DNA from: Eledone cirrhosa
Taxonomy: Eukaryota
NCBI GenBank assembly: GCA_964016885.1
Contig: OZ024753.1
Coordinates: forward strand, 2,542,001 to 2,606,000
Direction: 5' to 3'
Length of the DNA: 64,000 nucleotides
A program made the translations under genes and the position numbers. Positions 51,438 to 64,000 of the stretch are shown piece by piece. Position 1 is the first letter of the stretch, and every line of letters starts with the position of its first letter. The notes under the pieces are model-generated. The model searched no databases and had not been told where the DNA came from. It saw only the letters and a program-made list of their open reading frames with translations.

Positions 51438-52170
51438 CATCATCATCATCATCATTCATCATCATCATTTTATGTCCGCTCTTCCCTGCTTGCAAGGGTA
51501 GGATGGGTTTTATTCAGCACAGCATCTCTCCACTTGTCACGGTTCTTCGTCATCCCCACCATGAGCTTCAGTGATCTGAGGTCTGTTCTCACCACATCCG
51601 CCCATGTTTTTCGTGGTCTACCTCTACCATGTCTTCCTTCAACTGGCATTTCCTGACACTTCTTCACCCATCGGTCATCCTCCATGCGCATCACATGTCC
51701 ATATCACCTCAGTCTCCTCTCTCGCACACTACATTCTATCCCTCTCAGACACAGTTTCTCTCTCAACACATTCATGCTGGGTCATCACTAAACTCTGGAA
51801 TTCCTCACTAAACTCCATTCCTACCCTGACTTTACTGACAGCACCTCTGTACAAAGTTTGCACTGTCTTCACAAGCCATTCCTCAAAACCTAGTTTCCTT
51901 AGGGACTACGAGATGACAGATCGGGGTACTCTATGAAAGGCCTTCTCTAGGTCAACAAAGGCTAAGTATAGTGGCTTATTTTTCTCTTAGAACCTCTTTT
52001 GTAATTGTCTCACCAAGAAGAGGGCATCTGTTGTACTCTTCCCAGGCACAAAACCAAACTGCATCTCATCTAGTTTGACCCTTTCTCTAATTAGTTGTGC
52101 TAATATCCTTTCTGCCACTTTCATAACCAGATCCATCAGTTTCATACACCAATAATTGCTCCTCTCCAGA
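51436..52170 (-). mobile_element. Internally deleted RTE-clade LINE embedded in (TA)n
   Basis: MKVAERIL...DEMQFGFVPGKSTTDALFLVRQLQ...AFVDLEKAF joined to YGHVMRMEDDRWVKKC...GRGRPRKTW; (CAT)n tail. Confidence 0.9.
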
Positions 52171-52414
52171 GCATATATATATACATACATACATGTATAT
52201 ACATATGTATATATATATATACATAGAGCAAACAGCACGGACACTCTATCTCAAAATTATTTTTGAAAAGCATTTAGAAATGCGCAACCGGTAAAAACTT
52301 AAAAACTTAAAACCACAACTGAATACTAACCCATACAATCACTAATACTCTTTTATTCCTAATTAAACCATTTTTCAACTGTGAACAATTTGTCAGCATT
52401 TTCTATTCCGTTTA

Positions 52415-52895
52415 CCAATATATATACATATATATACATATGTATATATATATGCATACATATATATACATATATATATATATACATACATATATATACA
52501 TATGTATATATATATGCATACATATATATACATATATATATATATACATACATATATATACATATGTATATATATATACATACATATATATACATATGTA
52601 TATATATATACATACATATATATACATATATATATAAGATCAAAAGATGGTTAAAAGAGTTCCATGTATTTTATTATGCGCATTTCAAAAACAAATATCA
52701 TCATGCGATGACATTTGCGTTTTCGTCAGATAAAATAGGGAGACATGATATGAAGGTTAAAAAACACTTGTGAATAGTGCAGTTTTAAATCAACATATGA
52801 AAAATAGTTTTAGATTGATGTGTGATATTGGGAAAAAAAATTGAGTGGGGTGTGTGGAAAGGATGAAAAAGAGGAGGATATATATATACATACAT

Positions 52896-52927
<32 letters not shown>

Positions 52928-53242
52928 GCATGCATACATATATATATATATATATATACATACATACATATACATATATATACATGCATACATATATATA
53001 TATATATATATACACATGCATGCATACATATATATATATATATATATACATACATACATATACATATATATACATGCATACATATATATATATATATATA
53101 TACATACATACTTATATACATATATATACATACATATATGCATATATATATACATGCATATATACATATATATATATATATAGATACATACATATATATA
53201 TACATATATACATATATATACATATATACATATATATATGTG

Positions 53243-53274
<32 letters not shown>

Positions 53275-53425
53275 CATATATATATATACACATATATATA
53301 TACACATATGTATATGTATATATATGTATATATATACATATATATATACATATATATATATATACATATACATATATATATATATACATATACATATATA
53401 TATATATATATACATATATATATAC

Positions 53426-53458
<33 letters not shown>

Positions 53459-53490
53459 CATATATATATACATATATATATACATACATA
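52415..53490. repeat. Long (TA)n/(TACA)n microsatellite tracts
   Basis: Directly visible at 52415-52635 and 52878-53490. Confidence 0.95.
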
Positions 53491-53491
53491 T

Positions 53492-53610
53492 GGAGGCATG
53501 TGGCTGAGTGGTTAGAGAACTGGATTCACAATCGTGAGGTTGTGAGTTCGATTCCCGGACCAGGTGATGCGTTATGTCCTTGAGCAAGACACTTTATTTC
53601 ACGTTGCTCC
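53492..53610 (+). mobile_element. CORE-type SINE, 5' half
   Basis: GGAGGCATGTGGCTGAGTGG...GAGTTCGATTCCC...TCCTTGAGCAAGACACTTTATTTCAC. Confidence 0.85.
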
Positions 53611-54014
53611 TTCTACCTGGAGTTGCGACCAATAGATAGTATTAGCAATTGGAAAGACCAATGGAAACATTGTTTCCTCGGTCCGATTTGATGAAAGTCG
53701 ATCGATATATATATATTTATATATATATACATGTACATTTATATATACATATACATACATATATATATACATGTACATATATATATACATGTACATATAT
53801 ATGTACATTATGTATATATACATATATACCCATATACATACATATGCATATATACATATATATATACACATACATACATACATATATATATATTAGAAAT
53901 GTATTTAGTCAAAATACGGCGATAACTTACATTTCTAATAATTTCAAACCCACTCGCTGTTTCGAAAATATTCTTCCACATATATATATATATATATTAT
54001 ATATATATATATAC

Positions 54015-54052
<38 letters not shown>

Positions 54053-54058
54053 CATACA

Positions 54059-54122
<64 letters not shown>

Positions 54123-54123
<1 letters not shown>

Positions 54124-54464
54124 GAGGCGCATGGCTTAGTGGTTAGAGCATTGGGCTTGCAATCGAACGGTTGTGAGTTCAATATTCAGACTGGTTCATG
54201 TGTTGTTTCCTTGAGCAAGTCACTTTATTTCACATTGCTCCAGTTTACTCAGCTGCAGAAATGAGATGATAGGGACGGGTCCATGTCATTCCACTGTAAA
54301 GTGGTCGTGGAGGTGCCACGGCAAAAAAGCACCCAGCCCACACTTTAAATGAGGTTGGTGTTAGGAAGGGCATCCAGCTGTAGAAATCAAGCGAGAATCA
54401 GTTCCCGTCCCACCCTTGCAAGCAGGGAAAAGCGGACGTAAAATGATGATGATGATGATGATGA
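54123..54464 (+). mobile_element. Full-length CORE-type SINE with RTE tail, inserted in (TA)n
   Basis: tRNA-like head, core, CCACCCTTGCAAGCAGGGAAAAGCGGACGTAAAATGATGATG tail. Confidence 0.9.
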
Positions 54465-54471
54465 TATACAG

Positions 54472-54522
<51 letters not shown>

Positions 54523-54685
54523 TATATATATACATACATGCTTATATAGATACATGCATATATACATACATACATACATACATGCATACATATATATATA
54601 CATATACATATATGTATACATGCATATATATATATATATATATATTTATACAGCTGTATAAAGAGATACAGAGCACTCATATTCT

Positions 54686-54850
54686 ATGGAAACCTAGGAG
54701 TTGGGAGACCCAGGAAGACTTGGGATGAGGTGATAAAACTGACCTTGCCCAATTGCACCTCTGAAAGACGATTACACAGGAACGAGATCTCTGCTGTTAT
54801 GCAGTAGTACAGAAAACCTGTCTTCCCACGGGCACAGGCTGAAGCATACA
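54686..54850 (+). mobile_element. RTE LINE 3' fragment
   Basis: [25 protein letters not shown], homologous to 46860-47040. Confidence 0.8.
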
Positions 54851-54940
54851 TAAATAGTATGCACCACCCCACCCTCCCATACATCTCCAGAGAACAGTCT
54901 GAAGCATACATCCAGTGAAGCCTCCAGACCTCTGTAAATT

Positions 54941-55780
54941 GGTCATGATGGCAACACAACAAGTAGCACTCAGCCAACACTGTATGGTGGTCATGATGAC
55001 CACACAACAAGCAGCACTCAGGCAACACTGTATGGTGGTCATGATGACAACACCACAAGTAGCACTCAGCCAACACTGTATGGTGGTCATGATGGCAACA
55101 CAACAAGCAGCACTCAGCCAACACTGTATGGTGGTCATGATGACCACACAACAAGCAGCACTCAGGCAACACTGTATGGTGGTCATGATGACAACACCAC
55201 AAGTAGCACTCAGCCAACACTGTATGGTGGTCATGATGGCAACACAACAAGCAGCACTCAGCCAACACTGTATGGTGGTCATGATGACAACACCACAAGT
55301 AGCACTCAGCCAACACTGTATGGTGGTCATGATGGCAACACAACAAGCAGCACTCAGCCAACACTGTATGGTGGTCATGATGGCAACACAACAAGCAGCA
55401 CTCAGCCAACACTGTATGGTGGTCATGATGGCAACACTGTATGGTGGTCATGATGGCAACACTGTATGGTGGTCATGATGACAACACAACAAGCAGCACT
55501 CAGCCAACACTGTATGGTGGTCATGATGGCAACACAGTATGGTGGTCATGATGGCAACACAACAAGTAGCACTCAGCCAACACTGTATGGTGGTCATGAT
55601 GGCAACACTGTATGGTGGTCATGATGGCAACACTGTATGGTGGTCATGATGACAACACAACAAGCAGCACTCAGCCAACACTGTATGGTGGTCATGATGG
55701 CAACACAGTATGGTGGTCATGATGGCAACACAACAAGTAGCACTCAGCCAACACAGTATGGTGTTCATCATGGCAACACG
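54941..55780. repeat. 48-bp minisatellite (CATGATGGCAACACAACAAGCAGCACTCAGCCAACACTGTATGGTGGT) with 25-bp deletion variants
   Basis: Directly visible; explains the 16-aa periodic ORFs. Confidence 0.97.
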
Positions 55781-56160
55781 GCAAAAAGTAACAAACCCAC
55801 ACTGTAATGTAATCGTTCAGGTGTCACGACAAAAAACATCCAGCCACCCTCCATATATATATATATATATATAGTAAGGTGTGTCAAACGGTCCAATAAA
55901 CTTTTGTTAGCAATATTAAGTTCTGCACGCTTTTGTATATCTCCAATTCCATTTCTGGGAACAGCTAGATGATGTAAAACAGAGTATTTGTATCAAAATA
56001 AAGATCCGAAGGCATGGTATAAATTGCCAATCATTTTAATCATGACACATGTTTCAATAAGAGATAGATCGATCGTGCGGCCATGATCGATTATCACTGA
56101 ACTCGTCAGGTGAAAATGAATTGTCTTCAACTCCTTGATATGAGGGAGAAAATTTATTAA

Positions 56161-56164
<4 letters not shown>

Positions 56165-56202
<38 letters not shown>

Positions 56203-56208
56203 ATTATA

Positions 56209-56257
<49 letters not shown>

Positions 56258-56575
56258 ATATTATATATATATTATATATATATATATATTATATATATAT
56301 ATATTATATATATATATATTATATATATATTATATATATATATATTATATATATATTATATATATATTATATATATATTATATATAAATATATATATTAT
56401 ATATATATTATATATATATATATTATATATATATTATATATATATATATATATTATATATATATATTATATATATATTATATATATATTATATATATATA
56501 TATATATATTATATATATTATATATATATTATATATATATATATTATATATATATTATATATATATATATATATA
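56165..56575. repeat. ~410-bp pure A/T interrupted (TA)n tract
   Basis: Directly visible. Confidence 0.97.
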
Positions 56576-56611
56576 ATTCAAAATTCAACAAAACCAAGGA
56601 TAGTATTATTA

Positions 56612-56941
56612 TGGTCTGAGTTCAAATCCCGCTGAGGTTAACTTTGCCTTTCATCCTTACGGGGTCGATAAAATAAAGTACCAGTAATGCACTGGAATAA
56701 TTGCTGGCCTTGTGCCAAAAGTAGAAACAATTATTATTATTATTATTATTATATAGGGCGGTGGATTGGCAGTATCGGTGGAAGGTCGGACGCCATGTTT
56801 TCCAGCATAGTTACGTCCCTTTACGATCTGAGTTCAAATCCCGCCGAGGTTGACTTTGCCTTTCATCCTTACGGGGTCGATAAAATAAAGTACCAGTAAT
56901 GCACTGGAATAATTGCTGGCCTTGTGCCTAAAGTAGAAACA
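56612..56941 (+). mobile_element. Head-to-tail dimer of SINE family 1 (5'-truncated plus full-length)
   Basis: Two cores separated by an (ATT)n tail at 56730-56752. Confidence 0.9.
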
Positions 56942-57329
56942 AGTATTATTATTATTATATATTTATACATCTTACGGACGTTTCAATGTGGCAAGAGAAT
57001 CCCATCCACTTTTGGAGAAAACTGGATATTATCAGTTCACTATTTACTCCATTTTATGTGTTCTACTCAAACCAAAATATATATAATAAAAAATAACAAT
57101 AAATTGATTAATATCATAAGATAAGTTATCATCAACAATAGAGGATTCAAAGCAATGTGCATTCAAAACAGTTATCTATTATTTTTCTAATTTGAATAGA
57201 AGGAATGATAGGGAGTAAACTCCAGCTCCACCATCACAGAAATACAAGAATGGGGATAAAATGAGATTAAAGTCGATTAAATTCAACTTCAAGAAACACC
57301 CAAATCACAGGCACACTTATACAAACTAA

Positions 57330-58230
57330 AACTAATACACATAGGTAGATATACACAGAAGCACAAACATAGAAAACTAGGAATTATACACACACACACA
57401 CACACACAGAAGCACAAACATAGACTACAAATTATATACACATGTACGCACACACAGAGGCACAAACACAGACTACAAATTATATACACATGTATGCACA
57501 CACAGAGACACAAACATAGAAATTACAAATTATACTCACAGGCAGACACACACAGAGCACAAACATAAACTACATATTATATACACATGTACACACACAC
57601 AGAGACACAAACATAGAAACTAGAAATTTTACGCGCATTTATGGAGGCACATGGCTTAGTGGTTAGAGCATTGGCCTTGCAATAGAAAGGTTGTGAGTTC
57701 AATTCTCAGACCGGGTGATGTGTTGTTTCCTTGAGCAAGACACTTTATTTCACATTGCTCCAGTTTACTCAGCTGTAGAAATGAGATGATAGGACTGGGG
57801 TCCCTATCATTCCACTGTAAAGTGGTCGTGGAGGTGCCACGGCAAAAAAGCACCCAGCACTCACTGTAAATGAGGTTGGTGTTAGGAAGGGCATCCAGCT
57901 GTAGAAATCAAGCGAGAATCAGTTCCCGCCCCACCCTTGCAAGCAGGGAAAAGCAGACGTAAAATTATGATGATGATGTACACAGACACATAGAAGCACA
58001 AACATAGAAATTACAAATTATATACACAGGCACACACACACAGAGGCACAAACATAGAAAGTAGAAATTATACACACATGCACACATACACAGAGGCATA
58101 ACCATACAAACTACAAATTATAAACACACGCATGCACACACATACAAACATAAACTAAAACATATACCCATACATACACTCACAACCTAAAAATTACACA
58201 TACACACTCAAAACCTAAAAATTACACACA
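57330..58230. repeat. Degenerate ~45-bp CA-rich minisatellite interrupted by a SINE
   Basis: ACACAGAGGCACAAACATAGAAACTACAAATTATA-like units on both sides of 57643-57978. Confidence 0.8.
57643..57978 (+). mobile_element. Full-length CORE-type SINE with RTE tail
   Basis: Near-identical to 54123-54464 and to the reverse complement of 19593-19929. Confidence 0.9.
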
Positions 58231-58231
58231 A

Positions 58232-58740
58232 TCATCATCATCATCATCGTTTAACGTCCATGTTCCACGCTTGCATGGGTTTGGACGGGAGTTTTCCCAC
58301 TTGAGGCAAGAGTGGTTGTCTTGCTCGCATAGGACTGTCTGGCGGGTTTTCTACGGCTGGATGCCCTTCCTAACACCAACCACATTTACAGTGTGGGGCT
58401 GGTAGGTTTTTACCGTGTTACCTACACGGCCACATTACAGCGTGGACTGTCTGGCGGGTTTTCTACAGCTGGATGCCCTTCCTAACACCAACCACATTTA
58501 CAGTGTGGAACTGGGAGGTTTTTACCGTGTTACCTACACGGCCACATTACAGCGTGGACTGTCTGGCGGGTTTTCTACAGCTGGATGCCCTTCCTAACAC
58601 CAACCACATTTACAGTGTGGGACTGGGAGGTTTTTACCGTGTTGCCTACACGGCCACATTACAGCGTGGACTGTGTGTTTTTTTTTGTCGTGACACCTAC
58701 ACGATCTCATTTGTTTCGGCCTGGATGTTGTGGCACCAAG
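58232..58740 (-). mobile_element. RTE/SINE 3' tail with internal 112-bp triplication
   Basis: (CAT)n tail at 58232; GGACTGT at 58332, 58444, 58556 and 58668. Confidence 0.85.
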
Positions 58741-59167
58741 TTTAAATCACACACACAAACGTCCATGGCACAATCAGGCAAAGCAAAGGATAAAAGCAAA
58801 TAAATATATAACCAACAAAATTAAAACAAACACACACACATATGTATTATCATTTATGTATGTATATAGAGAGAGTCATAGCAAGAAGAAAGTTATGCTC
58901 TCTATATAAAAAACAGAGTTAATATATTATGAATAATACACTGGCATCTTTATAATGTGTTTATATAGACATATAATAATAATCATCATCATCGATTTTA
59001 TGTCTGGTTTCCACTCTTGCATGGGTTGGATGGACCCTTTTCAGCACATCTCTCCACCCACTGTGTACCTTTGTCATCTCCTCTGTGAATCTCAATGGTT
59101 TGAGATCAGCTCTCACCACCGATTATATATATTTATATATACATCACATACTTTATATATATATTAT

Positions 59168-60190
59168 CTGGGCAGAGAAGGTATTGTGTTAGCAGAAGAA
59201 TTGCGAGATAAGTAATTGCTGTAAATAGGGTGAACAACAGAATTATTAAACTAAGACTAGTTCGAAATAGAACAACTGTAACAATTATATCTGCATATGC
59301 ACCTCAATCTGGACTGTCAGATGAACTAAAAGATGAGTTTTAAGAATCCTTTAAGCACATTACTCCCCTAACATGTGATAGTGACTTCTTAATCATTGCA
59401 GGTGATTTTAATTGACTTGGTAGGCAACATGGAGGTTATGAGTTTGATGCAGGAAATGAAGGCTTCTGGTTCCTGGAATTCTGTGATGCCAAAGATCTAT
59501 CTATTTGTAATACAAATTTCAAAACACCAAACAATCACTTGATAACCTATAGATCAGGTGAGCATGCCAGCCAAACAGATTTTATCCTCACCAGAAGATG
59601 AGATAAAATGACAGTTGTAAGAGAAAAATAAAACCCTTCCCTGGTGAGGAATGCATCTCCCAACATAGCCTAGTGATTAGCAACTTGATAGTTAGGGCTA
59701 GACAAACTCAGAGAAAGAGGGTAACCAGGTGGTGAAGGAAGTGGAAGCTGAAGGAACACTCAAACAGTAATAATTTTAGAGGTATTTTGCTTCATGTTTT
59801 TGATAGTAAGGAAGAACAAATAGATACATACAGTATAGAAAAGCAACAGGGTTTCCTGAAAGATAATTTGCTGAAGGCAACAAATGAGATCTGCAACTGG
59901 AGCGGGGCTCTAGGAAAAAGGAGAGTGACTTAGTAGTGGAATAGTAGGATTGATGAAACAATTAAGATCATGAGACAGGCATAGAAAGAATGGTAGAATG
60001 GGTGTAGCAGAGAACCACCATGAAGCTATGAAAGAAGCTAGACAACAAGCATCTTTTGCAAGGTGAGGATCAAAGACATGAGGTGTTCAAGGTAGTGAGG
60101 CAGTGTATCAGGGAAAATTGTGATGTTGATGGGGAGAAGTGTGTCTGAGATGATAATGACACACTTGCCCTCACCAACACTGAAAAGAAA
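59168..60190 (+). mobile_element. Degraded RTE LINE, APE endonuclease region
   Basis: RIIKLRL...TIISAYAPQSG...IIAGDFN...LEFCDAKDLSICNTNFK...HLITYRSG...SQTDFIL; multiple stops. Confidence 0.88.
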
Positions 60191-60779
60191 GATTCTCCTT
60201 TGTTCTGTCCTTCACCATCAAGATGGTGTAGGACAGAACAAAGGAGAGACACACAAAATAAAAACCTAGTCACTGAGGAGGTCACAGAATGTGTGATGAA
60301 ACAGCTTTGACAATATATAAACAACCTTCCAGTTATCAAACCAACCGGGAATTTATTATAAATTGAAGTGAAAACCAATAGATGTGTGTATTTTTATTAG
60401 CAGCATGACCCTCCCAAAGTATAAATATATATATATTTAATGTCTTTAGATCCTTATAGTGTAATTTATCTCAGTGATCATCAGTTGACTTTCATTATAG
60501 ATTGTTGAAGTAAATGAAAATATAATATCATATCACATGATGTGTCACATGACATGTCACATAAATGTTGTTCTGTTTGATGTCCTGAAAAGAGATAACA
60601 ATAATTTCATATAGAGCACACGGAAGATATTTTTATTATCTTTCTAAGGCAGTCATTTCTTGGTAATACATAAAATTATGGCTTCATTGCTTGTTGATTG
60701 ATACAGCAATTGCTTGTGATGTCAACTGCTGTACATCATGTGGCTAAGTGAATAATTAGCTTTAGTTCAACAGACCATG

Positions 60780-61445
60780 ACAAACTCTGAGGACACATTA
60801 AAGCTCCGACATCAGGCAACTGACTTGGTAAACACCCACAAAATTATTAACCATCTTTCCAACAGCAACTCTGAACACCTTTTCGAATTCCATGTGACTA
60901 ACACTAGTGGACATGCTTACAAAATCAGAAACAAAACTGTTCCCATGACTTTCGGAAACATTTTTTCACGCCCAGAGTTGCTAAAGTATGGAACAAACTA
61001 CCTGCATCAGTTGTTAGCTGTCAGGACACTGCATCCTTCAAAACTTCCATGCTTCCCAAAATCTGCCAACACTACAAATGATATTCCCCCTCCATATACA
61101 TGCACACATGTGTCTGTCTGTATATGATGACTCACACACTGTTCACTTTCCTGACATTTGTACATTATTCTATATACTATATGGCGGTGGATTGGCAGTG
61201 GAGGTAGAGGGTTGGACACCATGCTTTCCAGCATAGTTACGTCCCTTTACGATCTGAGTTCAAATCCCGCCGAGGTTGACTTTGCCTTTCATCCTTACGG
61301 GGTCAAAAAAATAAAATACCAGTAATGCACTGCGTAATTGCTGACCTTGTGCCTAAAGTAGAAACAATTATTCTATATAGTATATATGCACCTTTAATGA
61401 GTAGTAGTGCACCTGAGCACTGTATACAATAATTTTCATTATTAT
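60780..61445 (+). mobile_element. CR1-like LINE 3' end interrupted by a SINE
   Basis: LKLRHQATDLVNTHKII...TSGHAYKI...FRKHFFTPRVAKVWNKLPASVV...SFK (one frameshift); ATT-rich tail. Confidence 0.85.
61183..61366 (+). mobile_element. SINE family 1, young copy nested in the CR1 3' UTR
   Basis: TSD ATTATTCTATATA(C/G)TATAT at 61164-61182 and 61367-61385. Confidence 0.92.
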
Positions 61446-61571
61446 ATTATACACTAGCACAAACACAAACATACATACATACATACTAACACACATAGAC
61501 TAACATACAAACACACACATAGACAATTGAGTATGGTCATGTCAATAGTCAGTGACTATCAATATCAGCAT

Positions 61572-61752
61572 TTTGGCAGTACTGGCAGAGAGTCGGACGC
61601 CATGCTTTGATGCATAGAGTTACAGCCCTTGCCATTCTGAGTTCAAATCCCACCGAGGTTAACTTTGCCTTTCATCCTTATAGAGTCGATAAAATAAAGT
61701 ACCAGTAATGCACTGGGGAATTGCTGGCCGTGTGCCAAAAGTACAAACAATT
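61572..61752 (+). mobile_element. SINE family 1 copy
   Basis: Core and tail ending ACAATTATT. Confidence 0.85.
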
Positions 61753-62111
61753 ATTAAGAAGTATACGTTGATGATGGATTGCATGAAAACAAACATGTCT
61801 TTTTAAGCGGACTTCAGTTTTGTCAGAGACCCAACTCATATTTAATGATAGTACAGATGGTTAATGACTCACATCTGTCAAAAAATTTTGTCTGTATAGA
61901 TTTACAAGCAGTAGTACTGATAAGCTTCAGTCTATTTCTAATTAAAGAAATGTAAAACAAATCTAAAATATGAAAAGTAATGATAAAAAAATGAACTTAT
62001 GGTGTGGAAATTGATTGTATTTCTAGGAGAAACTTTTGAAAAATTAGTGAGGAACTGTTAGAAACAAATAGAATCAGCCAAGAAAATATTAAAAACAAAA
62101 TGTGTTGAATG

Positions 62112-62310
62112 TACTAGTGAAATTCCGTTATAATGAAATTCTAGGGTATAAAAAGATTTGTTGTAAAGAAAAATTCTGTATAATGAGATTGACCGAAATA
62201 AACCAAGCATTTGTTTGTTTTAATAAGCTTGTGGCCATGGATTGAAAAACATTTCATTATACTGAAAAATTCGTTATAATGGTATTGGTTATAATGGAAT
62301 TTTACCTGTA
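62112..62310. mobile_element. Possible Tigger/pogo-like MITE
   Basis: AGTGAAATTCCGTTATAA ... TTATAATGGAATTTTACCTG-TA imperfect terminal inverted repeats. Confidence 0.5.
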
Positions 62311-63008
62311 TCACTCTGTTTTGAAATTGGAGAATTATAATTTTTTTTTTAATAGAAATAGAAACTTTTGGAAATTTCTTTAGTCATAAAATACGGCGAA
62401 AACTTCTATTTCTATTTCGAACTCGCTTGCTGTTTCAAAACAAAGTTACTTATAATTTTTCTTATTTTAGGTGCAGGAATGGACTTGCAAACATTTGCAT
62501 TGTACAAAACAATGCATCAAAGCTATCCTTGGATATTAAATATGATGTTACTGTAAAGTACATGCTTCAGATGGGGAGTGTATGAAATTCATGAATGGAA
62601 ATGGGCTAGTATTAACTTGGTGAGCCCACATTGTGTATTAACTAACAATGGAAAATAAAGTACAGCTACTCTATATATCTGTAATCATTGAATGCAAACA
62701 GTATGGATAGGAATTTTTTAATGATAAGAAACAGGAATGAAACTACAGTATTCTTTGTCATATTTGGTAACACTACAGTTAACTTCCCAGGAAATAGTAA
62801 TGTTAGTGTGAAAGCAACTAAACAAAAAAGTCAACATTTCACAGTAACTTAAGCAAGCTTAAAAATGAAAGCATTGGCAATATTTAAAGTACAAACTACG
62901 CCAAAAGAAATATTTCCAAGTAGTCTGTTTGTTAATGTTCCACTCCATAGGAATAGATGGAAAACATATACATGCATATTTGCCTGAATGAAACACATTG
63001 ATCTCTCC

Positions 63009-63220
63009 TTAACCTTTTAATGTTCAAACTGGCCAGAATTCTCTACCTCTTTCTGTTGACACTGGCTGTAACTGGTCGCTCAAACCGATGTTAAGGTAAT
63101 GTTCTCAAAATAAATTCTTTCAAAGTCTCATAGATTCGATATTATGTGAGATAATAATGTGAGGTAAAGCCATGAAAAAATAATAGTATATATAGAGTAA
63201 TGTGAATGCTAAAGGGTTAA
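63009..63220. mobile_element. TTAA piggyBac-like MITE
   Basis: TTAACCTTTTAA ... TGCTAAAGGGTTAA; reverse-oriented homologue of 2299-2515. Confidence 0.75.
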
Positions 63221-63502
63221 GCTAACTCTATTACAAATATGGGACCAGTTTCCTTGACATGTGTGTGATTTAACTGAGATGAAATTAGGACAAATGAAAA
63301 CAAAGCAGGCAGTGAATCTTGAGGTTGTATGTTATTACCACAGACATTAGATATTTCACAATATAAACTAGATATAAAGATTATGGCAAAAAAGCAAACT
63401 ACCTGAAAACAAGGAAGTTATATGTGAGATGCAGAAACACAAAAGTTAAATATTATTGTATTATAATATTTAACTTTTGTGTTTCAAAGCTGCGGTTAAC
63501 CA

Positions 63503-63600
63503 GCGAGGTTAACATTGCCTTTCATCCTTACGGGCTCGATAAAATAAAGTACCAGTAATGCACTGGGATAATTGCTGGCCTTGTGCCAAAAGTAGAAACA
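63503..63600 (+). mobile_element. 5'-truncated SINE family 1 copy
   Basis: Core plus tail; TSD ATTATTGTATTATAATA at 63452-63468 and 63601-63617. Confidence 0.88.
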
Positions 63601-64000
63601 ATTATTGTATTATAATACAAAGTAGAAAATAGCCATCAGAAAATATTTCAAGTAAAATGGCGACAAAATCTTAAATGCACACATATACACGTACATATGA
63701 GTGCACAGGTGAAAATTCAGAATACCAAGTCTTACTATTTAGCCTTAAAAAAAATATTTAAACTCTTGTTCAGTATTGAGCACTCATTCTCATGCCTAGC
63801 AATAACATGCATGTGTGTACACATATATATATATATACATATATATAATGTGTGTGTGTGTGTGTGTGCATGTATATGCGTGTTTATATATGTATATGCG
63901 TGTTTATATATGTATATGCATGTTTATATATATATATACAGTAATAATAATAAATTTGAAGATCAAAATCCAAAGAGGGCTCGATACGGATAAATATATA

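Noticed and set aside
52785-53587. Long ORFs of 200-265 aa rich in Y/I/M/C/H (also at 38-42 kb and 50-54 kb)
   Set aside because: Translations of (TA)n/(CATA)n microsatellites that lack stop codons.
54123-54195. tRNA gene
   Set aside because: tRNA-like SINE head continuing into the CORE domain and LINE tail; no proper acceptor stem; anticodon region varies among copies.
54684-55478. His/Cys-rich 255-aa repeat protein (metal-binding-like)
   Set aside because: 48-bp minisatellite open in several frames on both strands and derived from a retroposon 3' UTR; no splice or coding evidence.

Overview
AT-rich, microsatellite-dense eukaryotic DNA. Its repeat complement (CORE-type tRNA-derived SINEs with RTE-type (GAT)n tails, a second abundant SINE family, RTE/CR1/CRE LINE relics, long (TA)n tracts) is what is typical of an octopod cephalopod genome; this is an inference and the species cannot be determined. 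No intact protein-coding gene, rRNA, tRNA or CRISPR array is visible, and almost all ORFs in the supplied track are microsatellite or broken-transposon artefacts. The most striking structure is a ~16.5-kb rearranged palindrome (about 21.4-37.9 kb) in which every shared block lies on + in the left half and on - in the right half. Its core is a ~5.3-kb unit bounded by ~450-bp inverted repeats, each carrying a 73-77-nt hairpin and a GC-rich promoter-like or Pol III-like block. Inside, two satellites (40 bp and 35 bp) are expanded on the left arm, while their unexpanded progenitors survive inverted on the right arm next to broken mini-ORFs. Other notable items are a near-perfect 86-bp long-range inverted repeat in unique DNA (13.6/15.9 kb), a degraded CRE-clade retrotransposon with RT and RLE domains, apparently target-selective SINE/LINE insertions with readable TSDs and empty sites, and a candidate GPI-signal-like terminal exon at 46.2 kb. 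All alignments and identities were judged by eye and element boundaries are approximate.
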